From positions 12,412-76,411 of the forward strand of contig CAIRNJ010000060.1 in the NCBI GenBank assembly GCA_903879915.1: DNA of 64,000 nucleotides, read 5' to 3'. The first letter of the stretch is position 1. The number at the start of each line of letters is the position of its first letter. This stretch comes from an uncultured Elusimicrobia bacterium. Lineage in GTDB: Bacteria > Elusimicrobiota > Elusimicrobia > Elusimicrobiales > UBA9959. Below, piece by piece: positions 36,074 to 45,792 of the stretch. A program made the position numbers and the translations under genes. A model generated the notes under the pieces. It made no database searches. It was not told the origin of the DNA and saw nothing but the letters and a program-made list of their open reading frames with translations.

Positions 36074-37390
36074 ATGAGATCCCACTTTTTAAAACTGGCC
36101 GGGCCGGTAATAGCCGCGGGGCTCCTGTCCGCCGCCGCCCCCCTTTGCGCCGGCCCGAACCTGGTACTTATCGGCTGGGATACCCTGCGCGCCGATCACG
36201 TGGGCGCCCTGGGCTATAAACGCGCCACAACTCCGAACCTGGACGCGCTGGCCAGGGACTCGTTCCTTTTTACCAACGCGGTGAGCCAGGCCAGCTGGAC
36301 GCTGCCGTCGTTCATGTCGCTGTTCACCGGGCTGTACCCCTCCGAGCACGGGGTCACGAACAAATTCAAACTGCCGGCGGCGGGCAGCACCGGCCTGGAG
36401 CCGGCGGCCCTCTCCACCGCCATAGTGACGATGGCCCAGCTGTTCAAAGCCAACGGCTACCGTACCGCCGCTTTCACCGGCGGGGCCGGCCTGGGCGGGA
36501 GCTTCGGCTTCAGCCGCGGGTTCGACGTTTACGCGGACAGCCGGGATTTCGCCGGTTTCGGCACTACTTTCCCCGAGGCGCTGGACTGGCTGGGAAAGAA
36601 CGGCGGCGCGCCGTATTGCCTGTTCGTGCACGGCTACGACACCCATCCGTTCCATGACCTGGAGCCGGCCGGGCCCGTGACTTTCGTTACCGCCGCAGAA
36701 AAAAGCAATGCCCTGAAGCTGCGGCCCCGCCACGAGAAGTTTCGCCTGCGGCTGCTGGACGGCCGGCGGCTGAAATATACCCGGGCGGACGTGCAGCTGT
36801 GGACGGACGTTTATGACGAAAAAATATTAAGGGCGGACAGGCTGCTGGGGGATTTCCTGGGCAGGCTCGCCGCTGTCGGCTCCACGGACACCGTCGTCGT
36901 GCTTTTATCCGACCACGGCGAAGAACTGTTCGACCACGGCGGCGTCGACCACGGCATGACGCTTTACGACGAAGTTATCCGCGTGCCGCTTTTGATCCGG
37001 GTGCCGGGCAGGCCGGGCGGCAGGATCGCGCAGCAGGTCAGGGCCATCGACGTTTTCCCGACGCTGATAGAGCTGCTGGGCCTGAAGACCGGGGAAGACC
37101 TGCGGGAACAGCTGCGCGGCACGAGCCTGCTCGGGCAGATCGACGGAGCAGCGAAAGCGCTGGACGCGTTTTCCGAGACCGACTACCTTTTCCATTTCGA
37201 CAAAAGGGCGGTAAGAAAAAGCTCCGGGCTGAAACTGACCTTAGACGGGTTTACGCAGAAAAAGGAATTTTACGACACTGCCGCCGACCCGCTGGAGAAG
37301 AAAGATCTCTTCGACAGCGAACCGGCCGGGGCTTATCTGCTGGAAATGGAGCTTTTCAACTGGTCGGACAGGCTTGCGCCGCCGCGGTAG
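36074..37390 (+). CDS. Secreted sulfatase-fold protein, Thr nucleophile (ASWTLPS)
   Basis: Signal peptide; LIGWDTLRADHV; SQASWTLPSFMSLFTG; LSDHGE; EFYDTAADPLEKKDL. Confidence 0.8.
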   Translation: MRSHFLKLAGPVIAAGLLSAAAPLCAGPNLVLIGWDTLRADHVGALGYKRATTPNLDALARDSFLFTNAVSQASWTLPSFMSLFTGLYPSEHGVTNKFKLPAAGSTGLEPAALSTAIVTMAQLFKANGYRTAAFTGGAGLGGSFGFSRGFDVYADSRDFAGFGTTFPEALDWLGKNGGAPYCLFVHGYDTHPFHDLEPAGPVTFVTAAEKSNALKLRPRHEKFRLRLLDGRRLKYTRADVQLWTDVYDEKILRADRLLGDFLGRLAAVGSTDTVVVLLSDHGEELFDHGGVDHGMTLYDEVIRVPLLIRVPGRPGGRIAQQVRAIDVFPTLIELLGLKTGEDLREQLRGTSLLGQIDGAAKALDAFSETDYLFHFDKRAVRKSSGLKLTLDGFTQKKEFYDTAADPLEKKDLFDSEPAGAYLLEMELFNWSDRLAPPR

Positions 37391-37398
37391 CGGCGGAG

Positions 37399-38928
37399 CT
37401 ACCAGTAGCCGTGCTGTTTGGCTTTTTCCATCACTTCCTGGGGCAGCGCCCGTTTGGAAGGCTCTCCCCTGGAAAGTCCGCGGGACGCCTCCGCCCACCT
37501 CTTTAATCTGACCGCCAGGTCCTTCACTGTCTCCGGCCGGTCCGCCGCCAGGTTAACCGCTTCGCCCGGATCGGCCTTGAGATCGTACAGCTCGAAAGTT
37601 TCTTCCGGGTCGCCCGGTGCGCGGCCCTCTTTCAGGTCCGGGAAAGTGATCTCGTGGATCAGCTTCCATTTATAGTCCCGTATGTACTCGTTGATGCTGG
37701 AAATACCGTAGGGCTCGTAGGTTTCGGGCATGTAGGTATTGTACCTGGTGCCGCCGTAGACGAATTCGTTCACGGGCGTGCCGGAACTTATCAGGGGCAG
37801 CAGGCTTACCCCTTCGGTCTTGTCCTTGAGCGGCAGCCCCGTCAGTTCCGCCAGCGTCGGCAGAATGTCCACTATCTGCACCAGCCCGCGCACGCGCCGC
37901 CCCTGCACGCCCGGCAGCCGGATAAGCAGCGGGACATGGACCACGTCGTCGAAAAGGGTGCCGCGGATGCCGCCGGCCCGCCCGAAGCGGCCGTGCTTGG
38001 CGAACATCTCGCCGTGCTCCGAAAGGACCACCACCACGGTCCGGTCCAGCAGGCCCTGGTCCAGGGAACCGAGGAATTCTCCCACCCGCCGGTCCGCGTC
38101 CAGTATCGTCTCGTCGTACAGGTCGCGCAGGTAAGTGATATCGTCCGGGGTCAGGACCACCTTGGCGTCCTTGACGCGCTTTTTTTTCTTGTCGGCCCCG
38201 GGCGGCGGCCTGACCACGTGATAGGAGGCCGTGATATCGGCGTCCTTGCTTTCGCGGTAGCCGCGGTAGGTCCGCGTCGGGTCCACGGTGATATTGCGGC
38301 CGGCGGTGCTGCTGAAAACGCCTTCGAACTGTTTCGACGGAAGGAAAGGCGGGTGGGTGTCGTAGCCGTGCACGAACAGGAAGAACCTGCCGTCCCGGTT
38401 CTTCGCCAGCCAGTCCTGCGCCTGCGGGACCGTCACGTCGAATTTCGTGAAAGGAGGGTTATCCGGGGCGGTCGAGAACCCGCGCATATGCCCCAGCGAC
38501 GGCATATAATCCAGCCCGCCCGTAAAGGCGGCCGTCCGGAAGCCCGCCGCGCTGAGCAGCTCGGGCAGGCTTTTTATTTTCTCGGACAGCAGGATATCCC
38601 GGTTGCGCCCCATTATCTGGTGCGCGTTGGGGGTCAGGGAGGTGAACAGCGAAGTGCCCACGGGCAGCGTCCAGGAAGCCGGCGTAAAAACATCGTCGAA
38701 GACCAGCGCGCCCTCCGCCCACTTGTCCAGGTAGGGCGTGGTCTTGCGGTTATAGCCGTAAAGGCTCATGTGGTCGGTGCCGATGTTAGTCATGGACACG
38801 ATAAGCAGGTTGAAGCCTTTATAGCGCCCGGCCGGCGCGGGGGCCTCCGCGCCGGCGGCGCCGCGCGCGGCTGCGGCCAGCAGCAGGCACCCGGTTAATA
38901 TTCTGCACGAGCGGTTCATATGTAGCAT
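37399..38928 (-). CDS. Secreted sulfatase-fold protein, Thr nucleophile (ASWTLPV), divergent metal site
   Basis: Signal peptide; LLIVSMTNIGTDHMS (no Asp at the first ligand position); TPASWTLPVGTSLFTS; LSEHGE; ELYDLKADPGEAVNL. Confidence 0.75.
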   Translation of the reverse strand: MLHMNRSCRILTGCLLLAAAARGAAGAEAPAPAGRYKGFNLLIVSMTNIGTDHMSLYGYNRKTTPYLDKWAEGALVFDDVFTPASWTLPVGTSLFTSLTPNAHQIMGRNRDILLSEKIKSLPELLSAAGFRTAAFTGGLDYMPSLGHMRGFSTAPDNPPFTKFDVTVPQAQDWLAKNRDGRFFLFVHGYDTHPPFLPSKQFEGVFSSTAGRNITVDPTRTYRGYRESKDADITASYHVVRPPPGADKKKKRVKDAKVVLTPDDITYLRDLYDETILDADRRVGEFLGSLDQGLLDRTVVVVLSEHGEMFAKHGRFGRAGGIRGTLFDDVVHVPLLIRLPGVQGRRVRGLVQIVDILPTLAELTGLPLKDKTEGVSLLPLISSGTPVNEFVYGGTRYNTYMPETYEPYGISSINEYIRDYKWKLIHEITFPDLKEGRAPGDPEETFELYDLKADPGEAVNLAADRPETVKDLAVRLKRWAEASRGLSRGEPSKRALPQEVMEKAKQHGYW

Positions 38929-38996
38929 ACTCGGAGCGCGGTCACGGAAATACGGGATTATTTGAGTATATTGTATGATATTATTCAGAACGCGCT

Positions 38997-40034
38997 ATGA
39001 ATTTCATAAAACCGGGAACCATACTCTGCCTGACCGCGCTGTGCTGCTTCCGGGGCGGCGCCGCGGCGGCCCCGCAGGAGAAGCCGGGCGGGGTCCGCAA
39101 CGTCGTGCTGGTGGGCTGGGACGGAACGCAAAGGGCGCGCCTGACCGAACTGCTGGCGGCGGGCCAGCTGCCGAACTTAAAAGCGCTGGTCGCCGAAGGT
39201 TCGCTGGCCGCCACCGAGGTGACCACCGGCGCCACCCAGACCAAGCCCGGCTGGGCGGAGATATTGACGGGCTACAGCGCGCCGCGGCTGGGAATAACCC
39301 GCAACCGCGACTATAAGCCGATACCCGCCGGGTATACGGTCTTCGAAAGACTGAAAAAATTATTCGGCCCGGCCAATATCGCCACGGTCTTCCTCAGCGC
39401 CAAGGTCAACAACCTCGGCGCCAGGGGGCCGCACGAGATCTGCGGGAACTGCATTTCGAGAGGGTCCGTGCACGAGAAGACGCGCTGGTGGGACAAAAAA
39501 AGCGTCACCACGTCCGAAACCAAGGACGGGAAGCCGCCGGTATGGGTGCTCCGCGAAGGGGAGCCTTATTTCAACACCGTAAAGTCCGTAGACCTTTACC
39601 TGACCGCGCTGGGCCCGGCGGAAAATATGGACCGGAAGGCTTTAACGGCCCTGGATAAATACCGCGGCAGACGGTTCTTCGCGTTCTTCCATTTCGAGGA
39701 ACCTGACGAGCAGGGGCACCTGTACGGAGAGAGCTCCAAAGAATACGGGGAAGCCATAAGGACCGCCGACCGCGGCCTGGGAGAGATAGTCAGGAAGCTG
39801 AAAGCGCTCGGGCTATACCAGAGAACGGACATCTACGTTACCACCGATCACGGCATGGACGAAGGCGGCTTCGAACATTCCAAGGCGCCCGACACGTTCC
39901 TGGCCACGAACTGCAGAAGAAAACTTAACAACGGGGACAGGAAAGATATCACGCCCACTATTTTGGACGGCTACGGCATCGACCTGAAGGGCATAACCCC
40001 GCCCCTGGACGGCCGTTCCCTATTCGGCGAATAA
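38997..40034 (+). CDS. Secreted alkaline-phosphatase-superfamily protein (NPP/phosphodiesterase-like core)
   Basis: Signal peptide; VLVGWDGTQ; TGATQTKPGW (Thr nucleophile context); HFEEPDEQGH; VTTDHGM. Confidence 0.7.
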   Translation: MNFIKPGTILCLTALCCFRGGAAAAPQEKPGGVRNVVLVGWDGTQRARLTELLAAGQLPNLKALVAEGSLAATEVTTGATQTKPGWAEILTGYSAPRLGITRNRDYKPIPAGYTVFERLKKLFGPANIATVFLSAKVNNLGARGPHEICGNCISRGSVHEKTRWWDKKSVTTSETKDGKPPVWVLREGEPYFNTVKSVDLYLTALGPAENMDRKALTALDKYRGRRFFAFFHFEEPDEQGHLYGESSKEYGEAIRTADRGLGEIVRKLKALGLYQRTDIYVTTDHGMDEGGFEHSKAPDTFLATNCRRKLNNGDRKDITPTILDGYGIDLKGITPPLDGRSLFGE

Positions 40035-41464
40035 TGACCATGGCAAGAACGGCGCTTTTACTTTCGCTGCTATTAAGCCCGGGCCTTGCGCGGGCCGGAG
40101 CCGGCGCGGACAGGCCAAATATCCTGCTGATAGCGATAGACACCTGCCGGGCCGATCATCTTTCCGCTTACGGCTACGCGCGGGCCACTACGCCCAACAT
40201 AGACGCCCTGGCCCGCCGCGGCGTCCTTTTCGAGTCGGCCTATTCCCAGTCGAACTGGACGCTCCCGTCGTTCGCCTCTTTCCTGACCGGGAAATATCCG
40301 CGCAGCCTCGGGATGTTCAACGAGGGCAAGAGGCTGTCCGACTTCGACTATACGGACCCGAAACTGGGCGCGGACGAAACGACGCTCCCCGAGGCGCTGA
40401 AAAAGGCCGGCTACAGGACGGCCGGTTTTTTCACCGGCCGCTATAACGGGCCCGACTACGGCTTCGACCAGGGATTCGACCTGTACCGCGATTACAGGAG
40501 CGACGTCAGCCGGAAGCAGCAGCGGACGGACTCTTTCGCCGCTTTCCTCCCAGAAGCCCTTGAGTGGATGGAGAAGAACAAGGATGGGCCTTTTTTCATC
40601 ATCCTCAATCCTTTCGAACTGCACAGGCCTTATTTGCCGCCGGCCGAATTCATAAGCCCTTACGCCGGGGACTACAAAGGGGTACTGGCTTCCACCTGGT
40701 TCTCGAAGCCCGTACTGTCCAGCATCAAAAAAAACGGCGAGGGCTGGAGCTTCTCGCTCGACGAAGCGACCGCGGCGGCAGGGGCGTTGCGCAAAGCGAA
40801 GCAGTTCCCCTCGAACTATCCGCCGGTCCGCCTGGACCGGGCGGATCTCGATTATATCACCGCCCGCTATGACGCGTCGCTCACCTACGTCGACAAATTT
40901 ATCGGGGAGCTGGCCGCGTGGGCCGGCAAGCATACCCCGGGCGATACGATCATTATCATCACCGGCGACCACGGCGAGGAACTGGGCGACCACGGCGGCT
41001 TTCTGCACAACACCGATCCGCCAAAGCTTTACCAGGAGCTCATCCATGTCCCGCTGATCATGGATATCCCGGCAAAATGGCTGAATACCGGGGCCGCAGT
41101 GGTCAGGCAGCCGGTGGAACTGGTAGACCTTATGCCTACCATCCTGGACCTGGCGGGGGCCTCCCCCCCGCCTGGCCTGCAGGGACGCAGCCTGGCCGGG
41201 CTGCTTAAGGGAGAAAAGAAAGAGGAGGGCGGCCGGGCCGTGTTCGCTGAAACCCGGGGCTACGGGGTGAGAGTGCGGTCGGTAAAGGCCGGCGCCTGGA
41301 AACTTATCCGCACCGGGCCGCGCAAAGGCGCTCCGCAGAAGGCCGAGCTGTACGATCTCGCCTCCGACCCCGCCGAGGCGCACGACCTGGCCGGGCAGGA
41401 ACCGGACAGGGTGCGGGAACTGCTGCACCGCCTGGACGCCTGGAGCGACAAGAATGGAAAATAG
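40034..41464 (+). CDS. Secreted sulfatase-fold protein, Thr nucleophile (SNWTLPS)
   Basis: Signal peptide; LLIAIDTCRADHLSAYGY; SQSNWTLPSFASFLTG; TGDHGE; ELYDLASDPAEAHDL. Start overlaps the upstream stop (TAATG). Confidence 0.8.
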   Translation: MTMARTALLLSLLLSPGLARAGAGADRPNILLIAIDTCRADHLSAYGYARATTPNIDALARRGVLFESAYSQSNWTLPSFASFLTGKYPRSLGMFNEGKRLSDFDYTDPKLGADETTLPEALKKAGYRTAGFFTGRYNGPDYGFDQGFDLYRDYRSDVSRKQQRTDSFAAFLPEALEWMEKNKDGPFFIILNPFELHRPYLPPAEFISPYAGDYKGVLASTWFSKPVLSSIKKNGEGWSFSLDEATAAAGALRKAKQFPSNYPPVRLDRADLDYITARYDASLTYVDKFIGELAAWAGKHTPGDTIIIITGDHGEELGDHGGFLHNTDPPKLYQELIHVPLIMDIPAKWLNTGAAVVRQPVELVDLMPTILDLAGASPPPGLQGRSLAGLLKGEKKEEGGRAVFAETRGYGVRVRSVKAGAWKLIRTGPRKGAPQKAELYDLASDPAEAHDLAGQEPDRVRELLHRLDAWSDKNGK

Positions 41465-42632
41465 CTCACCCCGCCTGAAACTCGCCCTGTCGGCCGGCCT
41501 GCTGGCCTGCGCGGCGCTTATCTCCGTTAACGCGGCCGAAAAAAAAGAAGGCGGGCCCGTCAGGATAGGTTATTTCCACGGCGGCCGCACCGCGCTGCTG
41601 CTGCGGCTGTACGAGACGGACGGTTTCAGGAAGAAAGGCCTGAACGTAGAATACTACGCCAAGACCCTGCGCGGCAGCGAATACACGAAAGTCCCGGAAT
41701 CGATTGAGGAATTCAACGAGGGCGGCACCGACGACGTGGGAAAGTCGAAAGGCACGGAGCTTATAGACATGATGCTCGCGGGCAAATTCGACCTGGCGAT
41801 GGTCGGGGAATCCTCGTTCATTTTCTCAGTCTACGCCGGAAAACCTATAGTGGCCATCGCCGAACTGGGGCATGACGTGAACGGGCAGGCCGGGCACGTT
41901 TTTTTGATGCGCAAAGGCCTGAAGACCGACAAGCCCGCTGATTATTTCGGCAAGGTACTGGTCTCCAGGCGGGCCGGGCCCGGCGACGCGATCTTCCTGC
42001 GGGAGTATCTCGAGCATGCCGGCGTGAACCTGAAAACACAGGTGCTGCACCTCGCCGCACTGCCGAAGACCCCGGAGGAAAAGGAACTGCTGCCCAGGAA
42101 CAAGGTCCTCGTCGCAGAGGACGTCTTCGAGGACGATATGCGCAAAGGGGTAAGGAACGGCGTGGTGGACGGCGGATATTTTCACCTGATGGGCGTACCG
42201 AAAAAAATGAACGAGTTCAACCTCGTTCAATCCCTCGACGAGTTCGGCGACCCGGAGCTTTCGCACGCCCTGCTGGTCTGCACCAGGGAGTTCCTGAACG
42301 CCAACCGCGGCACCCTGACCGCGCTGCTGGAAGCGTATATCGAACGGATAAAATACGAGCATGGCCTCAGTTATGAAGAAAGGACGCGGCCGCAGGCCAA
42401 GGGGCTGCAGATGGCCATGGATTTCCGCGGCCTGAACTACCCGCAGTACGATCTCGTCCCCACTGTCAGCGCGGGGCTTTTATACGAGGTGGACAAATTG
42501 CTGAAAAAACACGGCTTTATCGGGAAGAAAACCGTCAAGATAGATAATTACGTGGACAACGGCCTGGTGAACGCCGCGCTGAAGAACCTTAACCTGACGG
42601 AGAAGGACGACCTCAGACCGTCGAAGTATTGA
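41454..42632 (+). CDS. ABC-type substrate-binding protein, NMT1/SsuA/TauA-like
   Basis: Signal peptide, VRIGYFHGGRTALL, and a two-lobe type-2 binding-protein layout. No cognate permease is adjacent on this strand. Confidence 0.6.
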   Translation: MENSSPRLKLALSAGLLACAALISVNAAEKKEGGPVRIGYFHGGRTALLLRLYETDGFRKKGLNVEYYAKTLRGSEYTKVPESIEEFNEGGTDDVGKSKGTELIDMMLAGKFDLAMVGESSFIFSVYAGKPIVAIAELGHDVNGQAGHVFLMRKGLKTDKPADYFGKVLVSRRAGPGDAIFLREYLEHAGVNLKTQVLHLAALPKTPEEKELLPRNKVLVAEDVFEDDMRKGVRNGVVDGGYFHLMGVPKKMNEFNLVQSLDEFGDPELSHALLVCTREFLNANRGTLTALLEAYIERIKYEHGLSYEERTRPQAKGLQMAMDFRGLNYPQYDLVPTVSAGLLYEVDKLLKKHGFIGKKTVKIDNYVDNGLVNAALKNLNLTEKDDLRPSKY

Positions 42633-42657
42633 GCCGGGACAGCAGGCTCCCCGGACA

Positions 42658-43410
42658 TCAGGCAGGCTTGCACGCCGCGAAGATAACCCACTTCCAGCTC
42701 GCGAACAGTTCGCCTTTTTTAACCTTTACTCCGGAGGCGCCCGCCGCCAGGTAGGCGCCGAAGATCTTTTTCTTCTGCCGCTCGTCCAGGTTCGGGTAGC
42801 ATTTCAGCAGGGCGGTAACGGACTCGGCGGAGAAATGCGCCAGTTCTTTTTTCAGCTTCAGCCCGGCGCGCTTTATATGCGCGCGCAGGTCCGCTCCCAG
42901 GTAAAGCTTCGACGGGTCCTTGAAGATCCCGGCCGGCTGTATCAGCCTGTAGATGCCCAGCAGGCGGGCCTGTTCCGCTTTATTGCGCGGCACGTGGTGG
43001 CTGAGCAGCAGCGTGCCGCCCGGCTTCAGCACGCGCGCGGCCTCTTTAAGAAAAACCCCGGGCTCAAGGAACTGCATGGCCTGGCGCATCACCACCGCGT
43101 CGAAAGAACCGTCGGGATACGGCAGTTTGTGCGCGTCCCCGCGCCGCAGGTGCCGGATATGCCGGGCGGCCTCTTTGAGCATGCCGGAGGAAATATCGAA
43201 GCCGTGCGTTTCCAGCCCCCGGCGTTTCAGCGCGCCGGTCAGTTCGCCGGTGCCGCAGCAGGCCTCCAGCATGCGGCCCTTCGCCGGCAGCAGGCCTTTT
43301 ATGGCCCTGCGGTGGGCCGCCAGCAGCCTGCGGTCGGTCACCCAGGAAGCGGACCTTGAGAATTCGGACGAGCGGGCGTCGAACTGCTTTTTAACATGGT
43401 TGTTTTTCAT
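42658..43410 (-). CDS. Class I SAM-dependent methyltransferase (Methyltransf_11-like)
   Basis: MLEACCGTGELTGAL (motif I) and LKPGGTLLLS. Start moved to the ATG at 43408-43410 (MKNNHVKKQFD...). Overlaps the upstream gene by 20 nt. Confidence 0.8.
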   Translation of the reverse strand: MKNNHVKKQFDARSSEFSRSASWVTDRRLLAAHRRAIKGLLPAKGRMLEACCGTGELTGALKRRGLETHGFDISSGMLKEAARHIRHLRRGDAHKLPYPDGSFDAVVMRQAMQFLEPGVFLKEAARVLKPGGTLLLSHHVPRNKAEQARLLGIYRLIQPAGIFKDPSKLYLGADLRAHIKRAGLKLKKELAHFSAESVTALLKCYPNLDERQKKKIFGAYLAAGASGVKVKKGELFASWKWVIFAACKPA

Positions 43411-44929
43411 CGGTGATAAGCGAGCCGGCACAAAGCCGGGCGTCCTCCTGCAGCACTGACTCGACTTCTTCTTCGGAAATAGGGCGGCCGGGATAGGCGT
43501 AAAGCCTTTTGTCGCGCACCAGCCCGGCCGTGCCGTAAGGCCCCGGCACATAATTGGCCTCGATCCTGCGGTAGGCGTCGCGGTAGACCTGCTCCGGCAG
43601 GCCGGACAGGTTCAGGAAATCGTCGCCGGCCAGGCCCTGTTCGCGGGCGAGCATCCCGCGCAGGTGGGCCAGTTCGTCCTGTATCGCGCCGGAAGCTACC
43701 GCGTCGGAGTAAACCCTGGTGCCGGGAATGGCCGAAAGATACTTGACCCGCGCAGGCGTGCCCGGCCCGGCGGAGAACGCCGCGGCGGCGTCCAGGGCTT
43801 CCTTCGTTTCGCCGGGCAGGCCCACCACGTAGGCCGCGCCCACGGTTATACCGGCGTCGCGGGTAAGCCGCATGGCCAGCGCGGTCTCGCTTTCGCTGAA
43901 GCCCTTGCCTGCGCCGTCCAGCGCGGCCTGGCTGAGCGTTTCCACGCCGTAAAGTATCTGGTCGCAGCCGGCGCCGGCCATGGCGGCCAGCACCTCGGCG
44001 TCCACGTTGCGCACGCGCGTCATGCACCACCATTTCACGCGCAGCTCCCTGAGCATTTCACACAGCGCCAGGGTCCTTTTTTTTGAAAAAGTAAAAGTAA
44101 GGTCGGTGAACTGGAAGAATTCCGCCTGATGCCGCTCCTTGAGCAAGGCCAGCTCGCCGCGCAGCCCGGCCACGGATTTCAGCCCCAGCCTGGGGGTGGT
44201 GCGGTAGCAGAAGGAACAGTTCTTGTGGCAGCCGCGGCCGGAGCTTACTATCACCTGCCGCAGAAAATGATTTTTCCGGCCCCACATCCGAAAATCCGGG
44301 ACCGGCAGGATGTCCAGGTTCGAAAGCTGCTTCCTCGGCGCGGTGAAGTTCAGCGCGCCTCCGGGCACGCGCAGCAGCAGGCCGGGAATGGAGGCCGCTT
44401 CGGCGGCCAGCGTGCCGCGGGTGAAAGCGTCCAGCAGCTCCAGTACGGTTATTTCCCCCTCGCCGAGCACGGCTATATCGGCGCGCGTATTGCGCAGCAC
44501 CAGCTCCGGCACGGAAGTGACCAGCGAGCCGCCCAGTATCACGGGGCGCAGCGGGTCCTGGTCCTTGGCGAGAGCGCAGATGGCCTCTATGAACGGGAAC
44601 CCGTCCTCGAAAGTACCCACTCCTACGAGGTCGGCGCCGCGTATGCCCGCGGCCGCGTACGCCAGCGGCGCCGGCTTGAACCTGGCGTCCACTATCTTTA
44701 CCCTGTACCCGGCGTTGGCCAGCACGGTGGCAATATAGGAGATGCCTTCGAAGGGCCGCTCAAGATAATAGCCCCAGCCGCGCGGCACGGTGAAAGGGCT
44801 CGGCGGGACCACAAGGGCGACCAACGGCTTGTAGTTGTCCGGCGGCAGCGGGATCCGCGCCGTGGAAGAGATCAGGTCCTCCCAGCGCCGGTATTCGCCG
44901 CCGCAGTTGGGGGTTCCGCAGAAATCCAT
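43391..44929 (-). CDS. B12-binding-domain radical SAM protein
   Basis: LVGVGTFEDG...VILGGSLVT (B12 domain) and SSGRGCHKNCSFCYR. Start moved to the ATG at 44927-44929 (MDFCGTPNCGG...) because the longer ORF runs into the ABC ATPase gene. Confidence 0.85.
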   Translation of the reverse strand: MDFCGTPNCGGEYRRWEDLISSTARIPLPPDNYKPLVALVVPPSPFTVPRGWGYYLERPFEGISYIATVLANAGYRVKIVDARFKPAPLAYAAAGIRGADLVGVGTFEDGFPFIEAICALAKDQDPLRPVILGGSLVTSVPELVLRNTRADIAVLGEGEITVLELLDAFTRGTLAAEAASIPGLLLRVPGGALNFTAPRKQLSNLDILPVPDFRMWGRKNHFLRQVIVSSGRGCHKNCSFCYRTTPRLGLKSVAGLRGELALLKERHQAEFFQFTDLTFTFSKKRTLALCEMLRELRVKWWCMTRVRNVDAEVLAAMAGAGCDQILYGVETLSQAALDGAGKGFSESETALAMRLTRDAGITVGAAYVVGLPGETKEALDAAAAFSAGPGTPARVKYLSAIPGTRVYSDAVASGAIQDELAHLRGMLAREQGLAGDDFLNLSGLPEQVYRDAYRRIEANYVPGPYGTAGLVRDKRLYAYPGRPISEEEVESVLQEDARLCAGSLITDEKQPC

Positions 44930-44940
44930 TATTTCGCCGC

Positions 44941-45792
44941 TCACGGTTCTTCCTTTTCCACGACTTTTATAACGCCCATCTCGCGCACGAAAGAAGGGCC
45001 TTTGGAGGCGGCCAGGCTTTTCTCCACTTCTTCCCTGAGGCTTTTCATCAGGCGGACCTTCAGGGCCATGAAGGCCGGATGCGCTTTGACCTCGGCGGTG
45101 CGCGGCTCCGGCAGGCGCACCTCTACCGATTCCTTCACTATCCCCGGGCGCGCGCTCATAACTATTATCCGCTGGCTCATGAAGATAGCCTCGTCGAGAT
45201 GGTGGGTTATCAGCACGAAGGTCTTGCCCAGGCCGCTCCAAAGCCGCAGGATCTCCTCCTGCAGCATTTCGCGGGTTATATTATCCAGCGCGGCGAACGG
45301 CTCGTCCATCAGCACGGCCTGGGGACCGCAGGCCAGCGCCCGTGCTATGCCCACGCGCTGCTTCATGCCGCCTGAAAGCTGGTGCGGGTATTTGTCGGCG
45401 AAGCCGTCCAGGTGCACCATGGAAATATATTTCAGCGCCTCTATCCGGCGGGCTTCGGCCGACAGGCCCCTGGCCTTCAGCGGGAACTCCACGTTGCCGG
45501 CCGCCGTCTTCCACGGGAAAAGGCCGTATTCCTGGAAGATCACGGTGCGCTCGGGCGAGGGGCCGAGCACTTCCTCCCCCTTGTAAAGCAGCGTACCGGA
45601 ATCTGGCCGCAGGAAACCGGCCATAAGATAAAGCAGGGTGGTCTTGCCGCTGCCGCTGGGCCCGATAACGCTTACGAACTCCCCTTGCCGTATCTCCAGT
45701 GACAGCCCGCCCAGCGCGCACAGCGACACGCCGCTTTTCGGGTCCTTGAAGGACTTGTACACGTTCTCGGCCTTAAAAATAGGTTGCGTCAT
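44941..45792 (-). CDS. ABC transporter ATP-binding protein (SsuB/TauB/NrtD-like)
   Basis: GPSGSGKTT (Walker A), LSGGMKQRVGIARAL (signature), and VLMDEPF (Walker B). Start at the ATG 45790-45792 overlaps the permease stop. Confidence 0.9.
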   Translation of the reverse strand: MTQPIFKAENVYKSFKDPKSGVSLCALGGLSLEIRQGEFVSVIGPSGSGKTTLLYLMAGFLRPDSGTLLYKGEEVLGPSPERTVIFQEYGLFPWKTAAGNVEFPLKARGLSAEARRIEALKYISMVHLDGFADKYPHQLSGGMKQRVGIARALACGPQAVLMDEPFAALDNITREMLQEEILRLWSGLGKTFVLITHHLDEAIFMSQRIIVMSARPGIVKESVEVRLPEPRTAEVKAHPAFMALKVRLMKSLREEVEKSLAASKGPSFVREMGVIKVVEKEEP

